The notes under the pieces are model-generated. The model was not told the DNA's origin. It was given only the letters and a program-made list of their open reading frames with translations, and did not search any database. A DNA stretch of 64,000 nucleotides from the NCBI GenBank assembly GCA_012295275.1, contig CM022670.1:17484001-17548000 (forward strand), written 5' to 3'. The stretch comes from Chrysomallon squamiferum (lineage: Eukaryota; Animalia; Mollusca). Positions 37,401-53,286 of this stretch are shown piece after piece. A program made the translations under genes and the position numbers. The number at the start of each line of letters is the position of its first letter. The stretch's first letter is position 1.

Positions 37401-40400
37401 TAATAATAAAAAATGAATAGGTTTTCACCCATGTATCTAGATGCCAAATGTTTTTGTATGATTATGTGCATATATAAGCAACACAGAGATATACACACAA
37501 ATAGATAAACATATATACACACAAATAGATAAACATACATACACACATTATTATACATATATATTTATTTTTACATACACACACACAAAAGCAATTCTTT
37601 GTGAATTATCAGTTGTTTGTGTCGAGGGTATAAGGAAATATTTAATTTTTCAAATTTTTATTTTCTGTTGTAATGTACAGTAAAAATGTCATAAAACTTA
37701 CTTTTGTCCATTCTTCATGATGGACAAGTAGTGCCATTTTCCATCACTGTACTCATTAACCCTGCTCTTTAGAACTGTCTTCTCTCCACCAGGGTTACTA
37801 GTCACTACAATCTTACCTCCCTTGATAGCCACAGAAAATGTGTTATCCTACAAAAACATTAAAATAATAAACAGATCAAGGTACAATGAAACAAAATGAA
37901 GCACTAAATTAGTGGTGAGAAACAGTAAAGAGATTTTTAATGAACATCTACAAATATTTATATAATTTTCAGTTAAATAATTGTAACAATAAAATTATTA
38001 TATAATTTTTTTTTTTTTTAATGTTGCTGGGAATAAACCAATAAAATGAATTTATTAAAAAAACCTTTAAAAATGATAACAGATGAAAAAGAAGTACCTG
38101 GTTGTCATCTGCAGCAAACAAGAGTAAACTGTCGTTTTCGTACGTTCTCATTTTGAAGGTCAGGTCAAACATGGTACCAACGCTGCGTGTAGCTACGGCT
38201 ATGTAGCCTGGTCGGTCAGCACTGAATGTAGCAACACGGGCAATCTGCGGAATAATGTCATAGAAATATAAATCTCTGTGTGTATGTCTGTGTAAATACA
38301 CATCTGTATGTGAATAGAGAGAATAAAAATCTGAGATAAAAACATAATGATAGATATATATTCACACTGACAGACAGAACATACAAGAAAGATAGAGAGA
38401 ATTGATTATTACTGTAAATATTTGTCTGGTCAGATAATTATTTAATTAATTACTGCTAACACAACAATGTTATATAAACCTGCTCTGGACAACCAGTGTC
38501 CACTCCAATGGCTCCTTTGTTGTCATTCAGGTCCCAGGTTTGTGATCCGAACTGAATATCCTTTACACAGCCATCAAAACCAATACTTGTAACATCCCTA
38601 ACAAAATAATATTAATTATACATCATAAAGAAGAATATTAACAGCATCTGAGTCACGGCATGTGAAACAGAAGTTAATATGTGACCTCTTAATATTTGAT
38701 ACATATGAAGAATTTATAATACATTATAATTATATTATGCAAAAACATAATAATTGTTCTATCAACAATAGTTTAAAATATTACAGTCACTTAATAAGTA
38801 CTAATTATTACAATGTACATCCATCATATATTTAAACACTTACTACTGACATAAAGAAACACTAATTATAAAATAAAAATATTTTAATAAAAAATTAATT
38901 TATTAATATCTCTTAACTGTAACTGTGATAAATTAATTGTGAAAAAAAACAAAAACACAGATAAACAAGAAAATAAGAAATGAAGAATAAGCATTTCAAG
39001 TAACTATAAAGTACCCACAAAATAAACAAGAAAATAAATTTATGTCTGTGTTTAGAAGCTTAACAATAATAATTATTTAAAAGAAATGAATTATTTCAAG
39101 AACAACTTACTTTTTATTGATAAGAATTTTGTTGTATCCACCAACAAATATATTGTCACTGATTGCCAATTCTTTCAGATTGCCTGGAGATTCACCCCTG
39201 TCAACTGAAAAAATAAAATTATCAATTTATTTCTAAGATCCAATTATCAAATAAATAAAGAAAATAATGAAAGAAAGAAAGCAATAAATAAAGACATAAA
39301 GAAAGAAAGCAAGCAAGCAATAAATAAAGAAATAAATTAAGAAAGAAAAGAAAAAAGAAAAAGAAATGTTAAAGTAAAAGAATTAAATTTAGGGTCGGAT
39401 GCTGTTCACAAAAAAAAAATTCTTCATGAATATCACAATACTTTAACAGCAAAGACAATCACTGATCAATATTTTCTCATTTATCGTTAACATGATTCCT
39501 ACTTGCTTTTATTAGTTTCAGTAATTAAGAAACACGAATTATCTCACCTTCATGTCCATCCACCTGTAACAGCCCATCCTGCTTGTCTCTGCTTGCCTGT
39601 AACTGATGCCATTGCCCGTCGTTGTATCGATCTGTTGACATTAGCTTAGCCCGACCACTTCCCAGCTCATACTGGAAGAAAATCATTCCATCTCTCATCT
39701 CCACAGACAAGAAGTCTTTAGATTTTGTGCCATCATCCATGTACACAAGCAGACCATCGTCAGCGTATGTCTTAAATTTCAGCAGAACATCCAGAGTCTT
39801 GGCCGGCCGCAGACTAACTTCCTTGGCACTGAGAATGGCATAGCCTTTACCATTGAATCTCAGCCCATTGGATACCAGTGACTTCATAACATCCCTAGAG
39901 TGATATGTATAAATAATGTTAATGATGAAATCACTAAGGTAATGTAAAATATAAACAATGTTGTAGATGAAATCTCTAATGTAACATATATAAATATAAA
40001 TAATGCTGTAGATGAAATCCTTATAGTAAGATGTATGAATAAAAATACTGTTGTAAATGAAATCCTTATAGTAACATTTACAAATATAAACAATGTTGTT
40101 GATGAAATGTGTACAACTATAAAGAATGATGCAGATGAAATTTATAACATACAAATATAAACAACAAAGTTGGTGTAATCCTTGGTGTAATAAAATACAA
40201 ATATAAACAATAATAGTAGCAAGTAGATAATCATAATTTAAATAAAATCCTTGTGTAAAAACCCCCATGTTATTCAGTCTATCACCCACCTTTCAATATG
40301 TCCTTCGTAGTTATTTTCTGCACCTACAAAGTTCCAAAGTCCTAGAGTCTCCTCATCAAACTTCAACTCTTCCATGGCTCCAATGAAATTGTATGTGATA

Positions 40401-43400
40401 AGACTTTGTGGAACCTGAAATTATAATAAAAACAAATTAAAGAAATAAATAAAATCAGTAATTCATTGTAAGAACTCTATGCAATAATAAGCATTCCAGT
40501 AAAGAGACAGCTGTATTCTAAAGAAATAATATTCAGTAAACCAGGGGTGAGGAAACTTATTGGCTCAAGGGCCACATTGAGTTTTTGAAACTTTATGGTC
40601 ATTCCTTTTCCACCTCACAATGGTGTGGCTCACTATGAGGTGGAAAGGGAACATACAAACATCTCACCACTGATGGATTTAATGGGAACAGTGTTGCTGA
40701 GGGTGCCCAGCATAAAAGCATAAAAAATACACATGACAAATGAGACACACAGCCTTTGATCAAAATTCAATGAAAAAATATTTTGTAATCCATTCCTTGT
40801 TGAAAACCTGACACACTCTGTCAATCTTCCACTTTTTACAGGTTCATTTTGTTATGGAGGGCAATGCTAGTGTCGGAGGTAGAGATGGCAATGAATAGCT
40901 GAGAGAATGTAGTGGATGTATACACCGACACACCCTGTTTTGATATGTAGTTTCAATCACAGTTTCAATTGTTTTTCAATGGAGCTTCATGGCAAACATT
41001 CATGGTGATTTGTATGTAACAATCGTAATTGCCATCTCTAGTCGGCTGCAAAGAAAGGTCCAGTCTAGTTGCAATGTGCCACTTGGTGGTACCAATTAAG
41101 TATCATAGGGAAAAAAAAAATCAGTGAAATGAAGACTAAAAATTTAAAAATGTTATAGGTTTATTGTTTGTGAAAATTCCTGTTGGGCCAGATAAAATGA
41201 TGTCACAGGCTGGATGTGGCATGCGGGCTGTCGTTTGCCCACCTCTGCAGTAAACTGTATTTAAATGTGCTGGCTTTGACAGTGTGAGGAAAAGTATATT
41301 AATTTTAAGGATGCAGGCCAACAAAACAAAAAAAAAAAAAAAAATTAAAAATAAAGGCCACTGTAACCTGAATGTATGCTTCAAAATACTAATTTCACTT
41401 GTAGTACACTAAAATTATAAATTATAATAAGGAATTTATTTTTATTTTAAATAAGAAAAAGTTTAAATAAATTTAATGAAAAAGAAAATCTGAAATTATA
41501 ATCAAAAACATTTAAACTGAATATTTGAAATATTTTTATTTTATAGTGTAATACAGAAAACAAAATATTTAGAAAGCAAAGAAATAAATTAATAAAAAAA
41601 TAGTTACTGCTGCATCATGGGGAACTCCTCCAACGAACAAGTTGGCAGTTGCTGCGTTCAGTCCAAGAACTGTGAATGTTCCGTCCGAGGTTCCTTCTGT
41701 GCGACTGACTGGCTGTCCATCAGTCTGTATTTCCAGTGTTCCAGTTTTACCAATCCTGGAAGATAATTAAAAGTAATTTCTGATTAAAAAAAAAAAAATT
41801 AAATTCTTAAAATTTTATGTTACATTCTGGTGGATATTTTGCCTATCAAAGGTACCAAGTTGTGAATGCTAAATCTAATTTGTCTACCTGTTGAATGTTA
41901 AATGATCTAATTCACTCATCTTATAAACATTTCCTTAATAAGTAACTCACATGATAAACTCATTCTAGTAACTTATCTCAGTAACTACTCACCTAGTAAA
42001 TATAACACCAGGTGAAGTCACTCACTTACAATTACTTTTATCTTCAGAAATAACTGATTAATGTGCTATGTGTTACATGAATAATTCACTCACCTGAAAA
42101 TCTCATTCTAACAACTGATTTAAATAACAACTCACCTGGTGGCTGTTATCTGATGCCACTGGTTGTCATCAACATGAACAGCACTGACAACATTTGCTGG
42201 ACCAGACCCAAGATCAAACTTGAAGATTACTTTGCCTCCAACAATCTCCAGTGCAAAATAATCATCCTGTTACAAATTTAGGAAAATATCATTTAGAAAA
42301 TTATTAAACATAGCTAATTGTTCTTATTTTTGTTTATGGCTTTTGTTTTTGTAACATTTCCTTACTTAATAAATGTTTGTTTAAGAGAAACATAATTAAA
42401 TTATTCAAAACAAATATATTATAATCATAAAATATATATGTTTTAGATTTTAAAACATTGATACAGTTCTATTTAGAAATAAGTGTTAATTTTTTTTGTT
42501 TTTGGGGTTTTTTTTGTGTATGTGTTCTAAATGTAATTTCAGTTATACAAAAATAACTTCAATTCTTTAACACAACTCATTTATGAAAAAGGAAAAACAA
42601 TGACCATTTAATTATATATAAATAACTGTTAAACAAAAAGCATAAATTCTTGACTTGTCAGGTTCTGTATGAAAATAGGATATAAAGTAAAAATTAAATG
42701 TGTTTAAAGACACTATGAAATGAGTGAGATTACTTACAGGAACTGGTCTTCCAGATTTCTGATCTCCACCCAGATACAGAATTAAGCCATTTGATTGGTC
42801 AGTTTGAAGGAAGAGAGACACTTTGGTGTAGGAACCAGCCTGTTCAATGTTGGGAGGGTTACGAAGAGTGACGGTTGTGTTGCCTAGGAACTTCGTCCCC
42901 ACTCGAATCTTGAATTAAAACCATCTCAATACATAAACAAATAAACAGTTTGATTAATAATAAGTTTAATGATAATATATAAATAAATACTTCATTAATA
43001 ATAACATTAGTAATAACACATAAATAAATAATTAACAATAACAGTAACGATGACAATAGTTTTACTGATAAATCTATTTGTAATGAGTAATTTGATAAAA
43101 TTATTCCAATTTCTTTCATTTAAAAATGATAATCCCTTGCTGATATTGTATTTAATGTATACTAAAACAGATTATTGAAGGTAGTTTTTATAACTGCTTG
43201 GAGAGGTATATTTAGAATATTTTTGTTTACACACTCACCCTGTTAGCCTCATCTCTGGCTAGAGCAATTCTCTGTTTCAACTTGTCCACATTGGCAGACA
43301 CCATGTTTCCTACCTCTGTCAGTTTGGAGGCCTTGTCACCTAGAGAGCCGAGCAGCTCCTGGATGTCAGGGGTCAAGCCTCGCACTGACCTGACTGTATA

Positions 43401-45813
43401 CACATTTTATTTTTGTTACTATTTTAATGACAGGTATTTAACACATGTTTTTTAAATATTAATTTATAATACATGATGTATACATACATTATTTCATGAA
43501 TGACTGCTATTAATATTAATGCTTGTCAGGTGACAAACACAAATTGTTTTCCAAAATGATAATACAAAAAAAAAAAAAAAATAATAATAATGTACATTTG
43601 TCTGACAAGTGAATACTTCTTAATACTAATTGCTATCATGTGTTGATATGATTTCTTTGTTTAATAACAAGAGAGGAAACCTGTTGTCTCCATTCCCTGA
43701 GTTATTCCTACTGACTAGCAGTAAAGGAAATGTAATAAGCACCTTCCCATAAAATAATATGCAAAAACAGTAAACTTTAATAAATTACTAAATTAATATC
43801 TTTAGTGTGTGTACTATTTACAACTGTTTACAAATATTCTTTGTAAACACTTTTGTTTCTGAAACATTCAATGGTTGATATACATTATAAATGTTAGATG
43901 TCAAATAATACTTACTTTGATTTTCCACCAAGTTCATGTTCCGTTTTGTTTTGAAGATGGCGTTTCCGAGTTCCTGTGTTTTGTTTTTGTCACTCTGAAG
44001 CATGTAGCCAGCGAGCTGGTCGTTGATGTCTTTAATACGTGTTATGTCTTCTGTGGCACTGTCTATAGCTGACTGAGCTCGAGAGCCAGGCGACACTGAA
44101 AACATACATCATTTGTTACTACTTGTGGTAACAGTGTGTGTACACCTGTATGTGTATATGTGTGTTGTTTCTCTGTACTATTTTGGGTGAAAATACACAT
44201 ATTCACAGAAGTGAAAAACATACACAGAGAGACAGATACACAAAGTCACTCTCACACACAAACACATTTATGCACATTAATTATTTAATGAGTTCTTTTT
44301 TTTTATAAAAATAAATTCTGATTGACTATATGTACATTGCTCATGCATGTTTTATCACCTGGTATAAGATCCAGAGAATTGTGAATTTCTTTCACCATGT
44401 TTTCAACATTTTCATTCAAATTGTCCAAGTTGTCTGTGTTTGTTTTTGCTTCACTCAGCTGACCAGTTAGAGCTGAAATAAAAAAATAGTTGATTAAAGT
44501 AAAAAATAAACTAACAAAATTATTAACATTTAATTTTTCAAATAATTTATTCGAAAAGCTACATTGATCATTTTATATAAGCAATATTACACACACACAC
44601 ACACACACAAAAACCCCCACAAAAAAACATACATATATACACTTGACAATAATAATAATTGGAAAACTTCTAAACTGTAAATAAAAGAAATTAGTCTGTT
44701 TACAAATAAAACAAGTATTAAAAATCTGAAGTATACAAATGTAGTGATTTTAATTTTATTTATAAATGTGGAAAATTAATACAGAAAAGAATGAAGGAAA
44801 AATGTTATACTCTATGACACACTGAACATATTTTTAATGTACCAGTCTAACAATTTATGTTCAACAATCATGCAGATAATCAGAGGAAGACAACTGGAAA
44901 CTGACAATTTCTGATTCTTTTTTGATTAGCAACAAGAAGTTTACAAAATGAACCAGTAGAAGTGATGTTACCATTTTCAGTTCTATTAAAGGCTGAGTCT
45001 GCTTTCATAAGAAGAGAAGTGCTCCTTTCTTTGGACTTGGCTGAAATATCACCTACACCGTTTGACTGAAACACAATATCAACATGGTTACTAGTGCAAT
45101 AAACAGAAGTTACTCAGTATCATCAAATTTGAAAATCAGTAGAAAAAAAAGAAGAATTAAAATTGTTTGTACAGTATTAGCTATGTTGTATTTAATTATG
45201 TTATATATGTGGAGGAATAAGACATGTTGAAAATATGAAGAGGCTTGGAATTTAACATCTTCCACTCATGAAGTCATGTTTAACACAGAAATAAGAATAA
45301 AACCTACTAAGCTGATAGGAGTGATTATGAAAATAATATTCAAGTATATTATATAATTAATAGTAATGACTAGCAAAACAATCACTTAGGAAAAATACAA
45401 AATGTTTTATTCTTACTTCAACCAAGATGTACTCTAATGTCATCCTTATGTCTTCCCAGATCTATTCTCACAACATACTATAAAAACTTATTTCATTATC
45501 ATCCACAAGACAACATTCAGGATCTCACCTTGCTAAGAGCATCTTCTGCCTCTTTAAGAGCCATCATGGAGGCATTGTATGCTTTGTCGATAGCACCATC
45601 AATGTCTTTGTAGGAGTTAGCAGCAGTCAGTGCGTTCTTGGCAACCTCACGAGTGTCTGTGTACATTCTGAAGAAAACACACAAATAAATGTATATCAGT
45701 TTCTTTGTCTGCAAGTTAGAAACAGATGATAAACAGTATGCACAAGTTTTGAAATGAGAAAGTAAAAAATGAGAGAAAGAGAGGTAGACAGACAGAAAAT
45801 GTGTACATGCTTA

Positions 45814-45859
<46 letters not shown>

Positions 45860-45886
45860 TGTTACAGATGTGTGTGTATGTATGTA

Positions 45887-45957
<71 letters not shown>

Positions 45958-46282
45958 GACTATGAAATTTTACCGATCTAGATCTAATGCTTGCTGTCCA
46001 AGTGTGGCTGCATGGTAGAGACTGGCATTCACTATAGAATCAGTTCCGTTCAGTTTTGAGTTCAAACTGCCAACATACGTATCAAGAGCTTTCACTGCTG
46101 GTTCTAGTCGAGAAGAAAGACTTCCTAGTTCCTAAAAATATGTTTAGTAAGAAAACAGATTCAATATAACCAGTGTACAGTGTTTATCATTATTTTATTT
46201 CATATTTCAACACTTGTACATATAGTATTTTGTTTATTATCTCAAATATTCAAAACTGGTATATGTAATATATTATTATTAC

Positions 46283-46330
<48 letters not shown>

Positions 46331-47999
46331 AAAATTGAAGTATATACATTTCGTGAAAACTACAGTGCAGTTTTGAGAAAACATTATCAAGATAGGCAAT
46401 GTAGAATGTGCCAGAATGTGTTTTATGATAAATTACTCCCAGAAATGTAAGTATCTACTCACCAGGAAAGCCTCAGTACAGTTGTCAAGTGCTCCCCGAG
46501 CACTGTTGAGCAATTCTCTCGCCATGTCAAGAAGTAAAACTGTGTCTTCTTGATTCATTGATATACTTTCTAAACTTTTCTGTTTTAATAAATGAATGAA
46601 TGAATAAATAAATAAATAAATAAATAAGTAAGAAAAAGAACTAAAATAATAAAGTAATAATGTAAGAGTTATCCAAATAACTTAAAAATCAACAAATGCA
46701 CACACAGACAGACAGACACAAATTAACATGTTTTGTTCTGCTTAAATAGTTAAAGAAGAAACTACAAAAAACCACACAACAACAACAACAACAACAAAAA
46801 GCCCAGAAAATAATATTAACAATAATTAAACAAATAATAAAACTATGAAAAAGAACCCAAACCAATTACAAATTACCAAGAGTTCCTGACTCACAAAAAA
46901 ACAATCATTTAAAAAAATGGTAACACACCTCCAGCATTTCCAGTGTGACTGCCTTCAGCTTGCTGACAATGTCAGATGCGTCTTCTGCCTCCAGTAAGGA
47001 ATAGCGACTGTTGTTCTGAAGATCGTAAAATCGAGAGCTCATATCTGCTACTTTGTCAGTGGAATTCCTTGTTTTGTTTAGCTGAGTCTGCACCTGAGTC
47101 AGTATCAACTTCACTGCATCAAGAGCTGGAAACATAAAAATAAAAACTCATCTTAAATTAATTTATGTTTTGTGACAGTTTGTACTGATATACCGATCTT
47201 TTTACTTTTTAATATTTCCCATTTTATGTTGTTGATAGAAAACATTTTAGTTTTTCTCTTCACTTCCCAAAACAGAACCACTTTTTGTGGTATACAAATA
47301 AATGAGGTGCAGCCTAGTAATAGTTTACTTAAAGTGAACCATACTGAATGATTTCTGTATTAAAGTCAGAGATTTAATACATGCATACACATACTGATGT
47401 ATGAACACAAACCCATATATCTCACAAATACACCAATATTGGGATTAAATAATCAAAAAATAAATGGTATTGTTCCATAATTATATCAGTACTTTAGTAA
47501 ATACCACACCACCCCAACATATACAAACATTCAGCATAATTAAAAATGCATTTGAACAGTTCAGAGTTAACATTAGTGTGCACCAAATAATAATACCTTT
47601 CATGGCTTCCATGTTTTCAGCAACAGTACTCTGATTCCCTTGTGAAAAATTCCGTGCCACAATTTCATCAAGAATTCGTTCGGCTTCTGAGATGTACGTA
47701 TCAATATTTGTAACATGAATCCTGTCCAGAATTCTTCTCAGAATGGAGTTAATGTAATCAACAGCATCTGAAATTAAACAAGTTTTACTATTTTTCTTTT
47801 GTTACAGGTGAGCAGGTCACTTGTGTGTTGCTGAGTCTATCAAATATAGTTTTGTTTTAGTACACATTTGAAAGGATACAAGAAAGGAAAATGACAGTCT
47901 TTGTTCATCTTCAAGAGAAAGACACTTTATTTTATAGAATATGAAACATCACTTGACACATATAAAATGTGATTAAACTTTGTTCATAAAAGGTAAACT

Positions 48000-48031
<32 letters not shown>

Positions 48032-50666
48032 TATCAGTCTTAAGATCACTAACTATATAATTAGGTTATTTTGTTTGTAAATACAAAGAAAACTGTAAGA
48101 AACAATTCCAGACAAAACTCACCATGAGCATCAGTTTCTCTTTCTCGGACGTCTCTCTCTGTGTTATGAGCTTGTTCCAGGAAACTACGCACATCCTCAG
48201 AGATAGCATTGGCAGTGGCTTCTGCCTGCTTGGCCTGGACAAAACATAAAATATATTTCCAAAATTATTCTTAACAGAATCAGTAAATATTTTAATTATA
48301 CAATATTTTTATGCTATGAATTATCAAGTTACGTGGATGATAAAAGAAATCTGCATGTCAGTGAGATTAGATTATCTTATTAACAGTGTTTCCTGAAACA
48401 GAATGTCTCTATCAGAGACTCTTTGTGTCTGGCTAGAATGTGAAATAAGTTAAATAATGTAGAACAGAATGTAGACTACATGGAATTAAGTTAAATTCAA
48501 CTACTTTCTATAGATATATTAATGCTTGAACTGAATATTTTACTTTCTGAAGTTTTTCTGATTTCAGTTTGTTATGACACATTCCTGTAATAACATTTTC
48601 TACATAAATTCAGTATAAGATTAGAGTACAGTCATAAGAAGAGTTACCTACCCTGTCAAGAGTTCTCTGTGCTGTTTCTGCTAACTTGGCAATGTCAAAT
48701 GGAGGCAGAGTAACTTTATCATCTTCTCTGTATAAACCTTCTATATAGGGCTGTAAATATTTAACAAAAGTTGATTTTAAAACTTAATCCCTTAAACATT
48801 TATCCAATGTTTTTATTATTTTAGAATGCTGTATATCTAACACAAGTTTGCTGTTTTGAAATATGAGAAATGAAATACACAGCTATATTTACTGATTATA
48901 AACAAGTGTTGTTGTTTTCTTTTAACTTATACTTCTCAAAAGAAAGTTCACTGCGTGAATGGTGCTACAGAATGTTGCGAGAATAATAAAATATGAGAAA
49001 TGAAATATCCAGCTGCATTCACTGATTGTAATCTAGTGGGTTTTTTTTAAATTTATACTTCTCAAAAAATAGTTTAATATGCACAGTGCTACAGAATATT
49101 GCTAGGATAAAAAGTAAAAGAATAATAGAACACGAGAAATGAAATATCCATCTGCATTTACCACTTATCAGCAAGTGGTTTTAATACATTCTTTACAAAT
49201 GATGGTTTTACTGGGTGTATTGATCTACAGCATAGTGCTAGTGGAAAAAGTAATGGAATGGTTAAGTTTGTGACTAGATTTCTCTTACCCTCAGTTGGGA
49301 CACTGTCTGGTTTATCTGTTCAAGTTTCTGGAAAGCTGCTACCCCAACTGACACACTGGCTAGCTGTCTTCGTGTCACAGTGACATTGCGATCAAGAACG
49401 TCCAAGTCATCAAGCAGAATGTTCACACATTCATCACATTCTGAAATAATCAAATAAATTAATGAAAGTTTCAATAAAGCATTTTACTTTTAAGTAAAAG
49501 CATCTTATCTAAGGAAAATTACCATAGCAACAACCCCAAAATTAATGACAAATGTATTATTTGATTATAAATGAAGCTATTATACAAATATGTATTCATG
49601 TATATGTACAGTGCATTGTATATTAACTGATTATTTTGTTTTTGGAAACATCACTTCATTCAGTCTACTAGCTATTTATTTTAAACATGTTGTTTCTTTA
49701 CTTTTTTTTTCTAAAAATTTAAATACCTTCATCTGTAAAATTACAAAAGAGAAAAAAAAAAATTGCAGCAATCATAAATTTCCATGGAATCATTATATTT
49801 TAGTCATCTTTATTATTAGCAAAGTTGGTCAGAAAAGGCAAAACAACAAAGGAGAGATGTTTTTGGGTTACTGAGAGAGAAAAGATGCACAAAGAAGGAT
49901 TGAGCCTGTTATCAGTTGTCTACACTCACCTTGACAACCTCTGTCAGGTATGAGAATCCAGCGAGGTAAACACTGGTCACACATTCGTCCAGTCACACCT
50001 GGGTAACACTGACACCGGCCGCTCTCTGGGTCACAGGTGATAGCACCATCAGACAGACAGTCGCATTCTGAAATTTTTTAAAACAAACATTTATAAATAA
50101 ATCAAAACAAATAAATAATAAAATGAAGCATATAAATAACTAAAACATAATAGTATGTGGTGTATTTGTTTTGTGTGTGTGTGTGTATGTGTGTTGTATG
50201 TGTGTTGTATGTGGGTTATGTAAGAGTCTATGCGTGTGGTATATATATTTCTAATAGCAGAACATGTAAATATAGGCCTATTGTATTTAAGAAGTCTACA
50301 ATACACGAGATAACATGAAATGAAGTATACAATATACCACAGGTAGTAACAGTGTTAAAACATTCATTTCAACATCCAATGAGCACTAAAGAGTTTTCTA
50401 AACTTTTAGTACTTACTCTGACATCCACTAGGTCCATAGTTCCAGTAACCATTTTCACACTGATCACACTTTTGACCTACGACTCCTGGCTGGCACTGAC
50501 ATTGACCTGTACGAAGGTCACACTGTGGGTCAACAGATGCTGCTCCACAGTCACAATCCAAACATCCTGTGCAGTATTCATAGCCATACGTATATGGCTG
50601 AAATCAGAAGTCAAAAAATTAAAAACTAAATTTAAAAGAAAACATTTTTAAGTCTTGGAAATGTAT

Positions 50667-50697
<31 letters not shown>

Positions 50698-53222
50698 CAT
50701 GCACAAATGCACATATGTATATTGTGTAAAGGTTTGAATATCTTTGTATATGTGTTGTTTTTGTGTTGGTTTCTTGTTTGCGTATGATAATATATGTTTT
50801 AGGTGTGATTAGGTAGATGAGTGTGTGTGTGTGTGTGTGTGCTATGTTTATATGGTATGTCTAAAGTATGTACATATGTGTTTATCATAGTTACTGTTTA
50901 ATATATTTAAATAAAGACATACTGCACATCTGTCACAGTCAGGTCCTATGATGTTGGGTTTACACACACAGACTCCATTATATCTGTCACAACTTTCTGA
51001 ACCACACCGAGAACAGGTACATGCTGAAATACACAATTTTATATTTAATTTCCACTCTCTGATATTCTAACAATATCTCTCTATATATCTTAATAAAACT
51101 CTCATTAACGCTGTAATCTGTCATTTTTCAATGATTGTGTTTTATATACACTAACACACACATATGCATATAAATATATACAATTTTAATCTAATCTTAA
51201 AACATTTAAAAACAAATTTGTAACAATGACGTTGTTAATGCTGCAGATTTATCATTTTATAAAAAGAAAAAAAAAATCTTATAAAATTTACAAATGGGAT
51301 ATTTAAGATTTCTGACAGCAAACACAAAATACTAAAACTGTGATGAAATCTATTGGAAACTAGAAATGAACTTACGTGAACAATCTTTGTTGGTAATGGC
51401 ATCACCAAACCACCAGTCTTTGCAAACTCCACAGTCAGAGCCTGCTGTATTGTTCAGACAAATCAAACACTGGCCTGTCAGTCTGTCACAGCTGTTGGGA
51501 TCATTGACGTCAATGTTACCACTACAACCACAGGGTTGGCAGTAGTCATTTAGTTTTGTGGGATCTCCATAGTAACCAGGAGCACATCTGAAAATATATA
51601 TATATAAAATGTTCTTAGTTCATCAATATTGTAAGATCTGATATGCAGTGCTAGTGACATCCTAGGGACAGATGTTGTTATAAGAAACAATTTTAAAAAT
51701 AATATAAATATAATTTGTTTCTATTCCGTGAATAAAAGAAATTTAAAAAAAATAAAAAGAAGTAGCTACTTACGACTGACAGTTTGGACCATAATATCCA
51801 GGTTTACATTCACAGAAAGTTCTCAGACCATCTTCAGAAACAAAGCAGGACACAGCAAAACTGAAAACATTTTATTATAAATGATTTATTTATAAAATGA
51901 ATAATAAAAACCTGAATTTATATGTATCTCTGTATGTAAATTTCTATAAACATACATTTGTTTAGATAACCAGTTTCCATGTGTATGAAACTGAACAGCT
52001 GTTTAACAACATCACAGAATAAAGTCAATGACTATTGGGTATTATTCTATGGTTATGACAATAAGAACAGCATGTATAAAATAAATCAGTTTCAAAAAAT
52101 GAATTGCTAATATTTTAGACTGCATACAATATAATTAATAAATATAAAATACAAAACATTTATCACAGCTGTGTTTTGAAATACATAAAAAAAAATTAAT
52201 TTGTTTTTAAAGCTTAGAACAGGTTCTGGAAGTAATTGGAGTGATTACAACATGGCTGTGTTACATAAATAACTTTTCTAATTGGTTGTAAATGAGGTAT
52301 ATTTATCAAACTGTGATGCACAAAGAAATAATCATAACAGGCTTTGCAATGAGGTCTTATGTATATAATCCTATTTATAATAAGGTAAGACTATATGGTC
52401 ATTATCTCTCTCTTTCACACACACACACACAAACAAATATGCATTAAATTATTTCAGAACAGTAAGCCATGGAAGTGATGAACACTTTTTCATTGAGTAT
52501 GTCCTGTTTGTTATATATCAGATTATTAACTCACTTGTTTGACGGGACAGGGAGGGGACAGGCACATACAGAACATGGACCAGAGATTGGATCACCATAG
52601 TAACCAGACAGGCATTTCTCACAGTGTGTACCTGTAGTGTTGTCCCTGCAGTCCTACAAGTAACAAAGATTATAAAGAATGAATATTTGTTAACAACATC
52701 TCAACAAATTTATTTTTTGTTTTTGACAAAATTGTCAGTCTAACTTAAAATAAAAATGTTATTAATATTTAAACTTGGTTTTTTTTTCTATAAATAAGAA
52801 ATGAATTATCTAAGACAAATTTTATAATTTTATCAGTACTTACCAGACATTCTCCTGACACAGGGTCACAAGTATCAGCATGTCCGTTACACTCGCAGGG
52901 TACACAGATACCCAGGTAGGGTGTGGTGTGTGATCTGTAGTAGCCACTGGCACATTCCTGAAAGTTAACAGTTTAAGTTGATTTTAAAAAAAAATTCTGG
53001 GAAAGGATGTTCAATAAGTCTATATTAATTATATTAATGACACATATACATTAAGTTATAAAAAGTGTAAATATATATATAACAGATAGACAGACAGACA
53101 GAGAGAGAGAGAGAGAGAGAGAGAATACAAAAAATAAAAACAAATTAGAATTAGTGTGTGAAGTGTCTAAAAACTAAAAAATCTAAAAATTTAGAAAATA
53201 AAATTAACTATAAAGTACATTA

Positions 53223-53286
<64 letters not shown>

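Noticed and set aside
39525-40289. 254-aa ORF running through a whole laminin intron (possible intron-retention isoform)
   Set aside because: The intron is 395 nt (not a multiple of 3) and the open frame is not the frame of the upstream exon. Its openness comes from the minisatellite.
39905-49250. CRISPR-like repeat arrays
   Set aside because: The repeats are degenerate eukaryotic intronic minisatellites without unique spacers; no cas genes are present.
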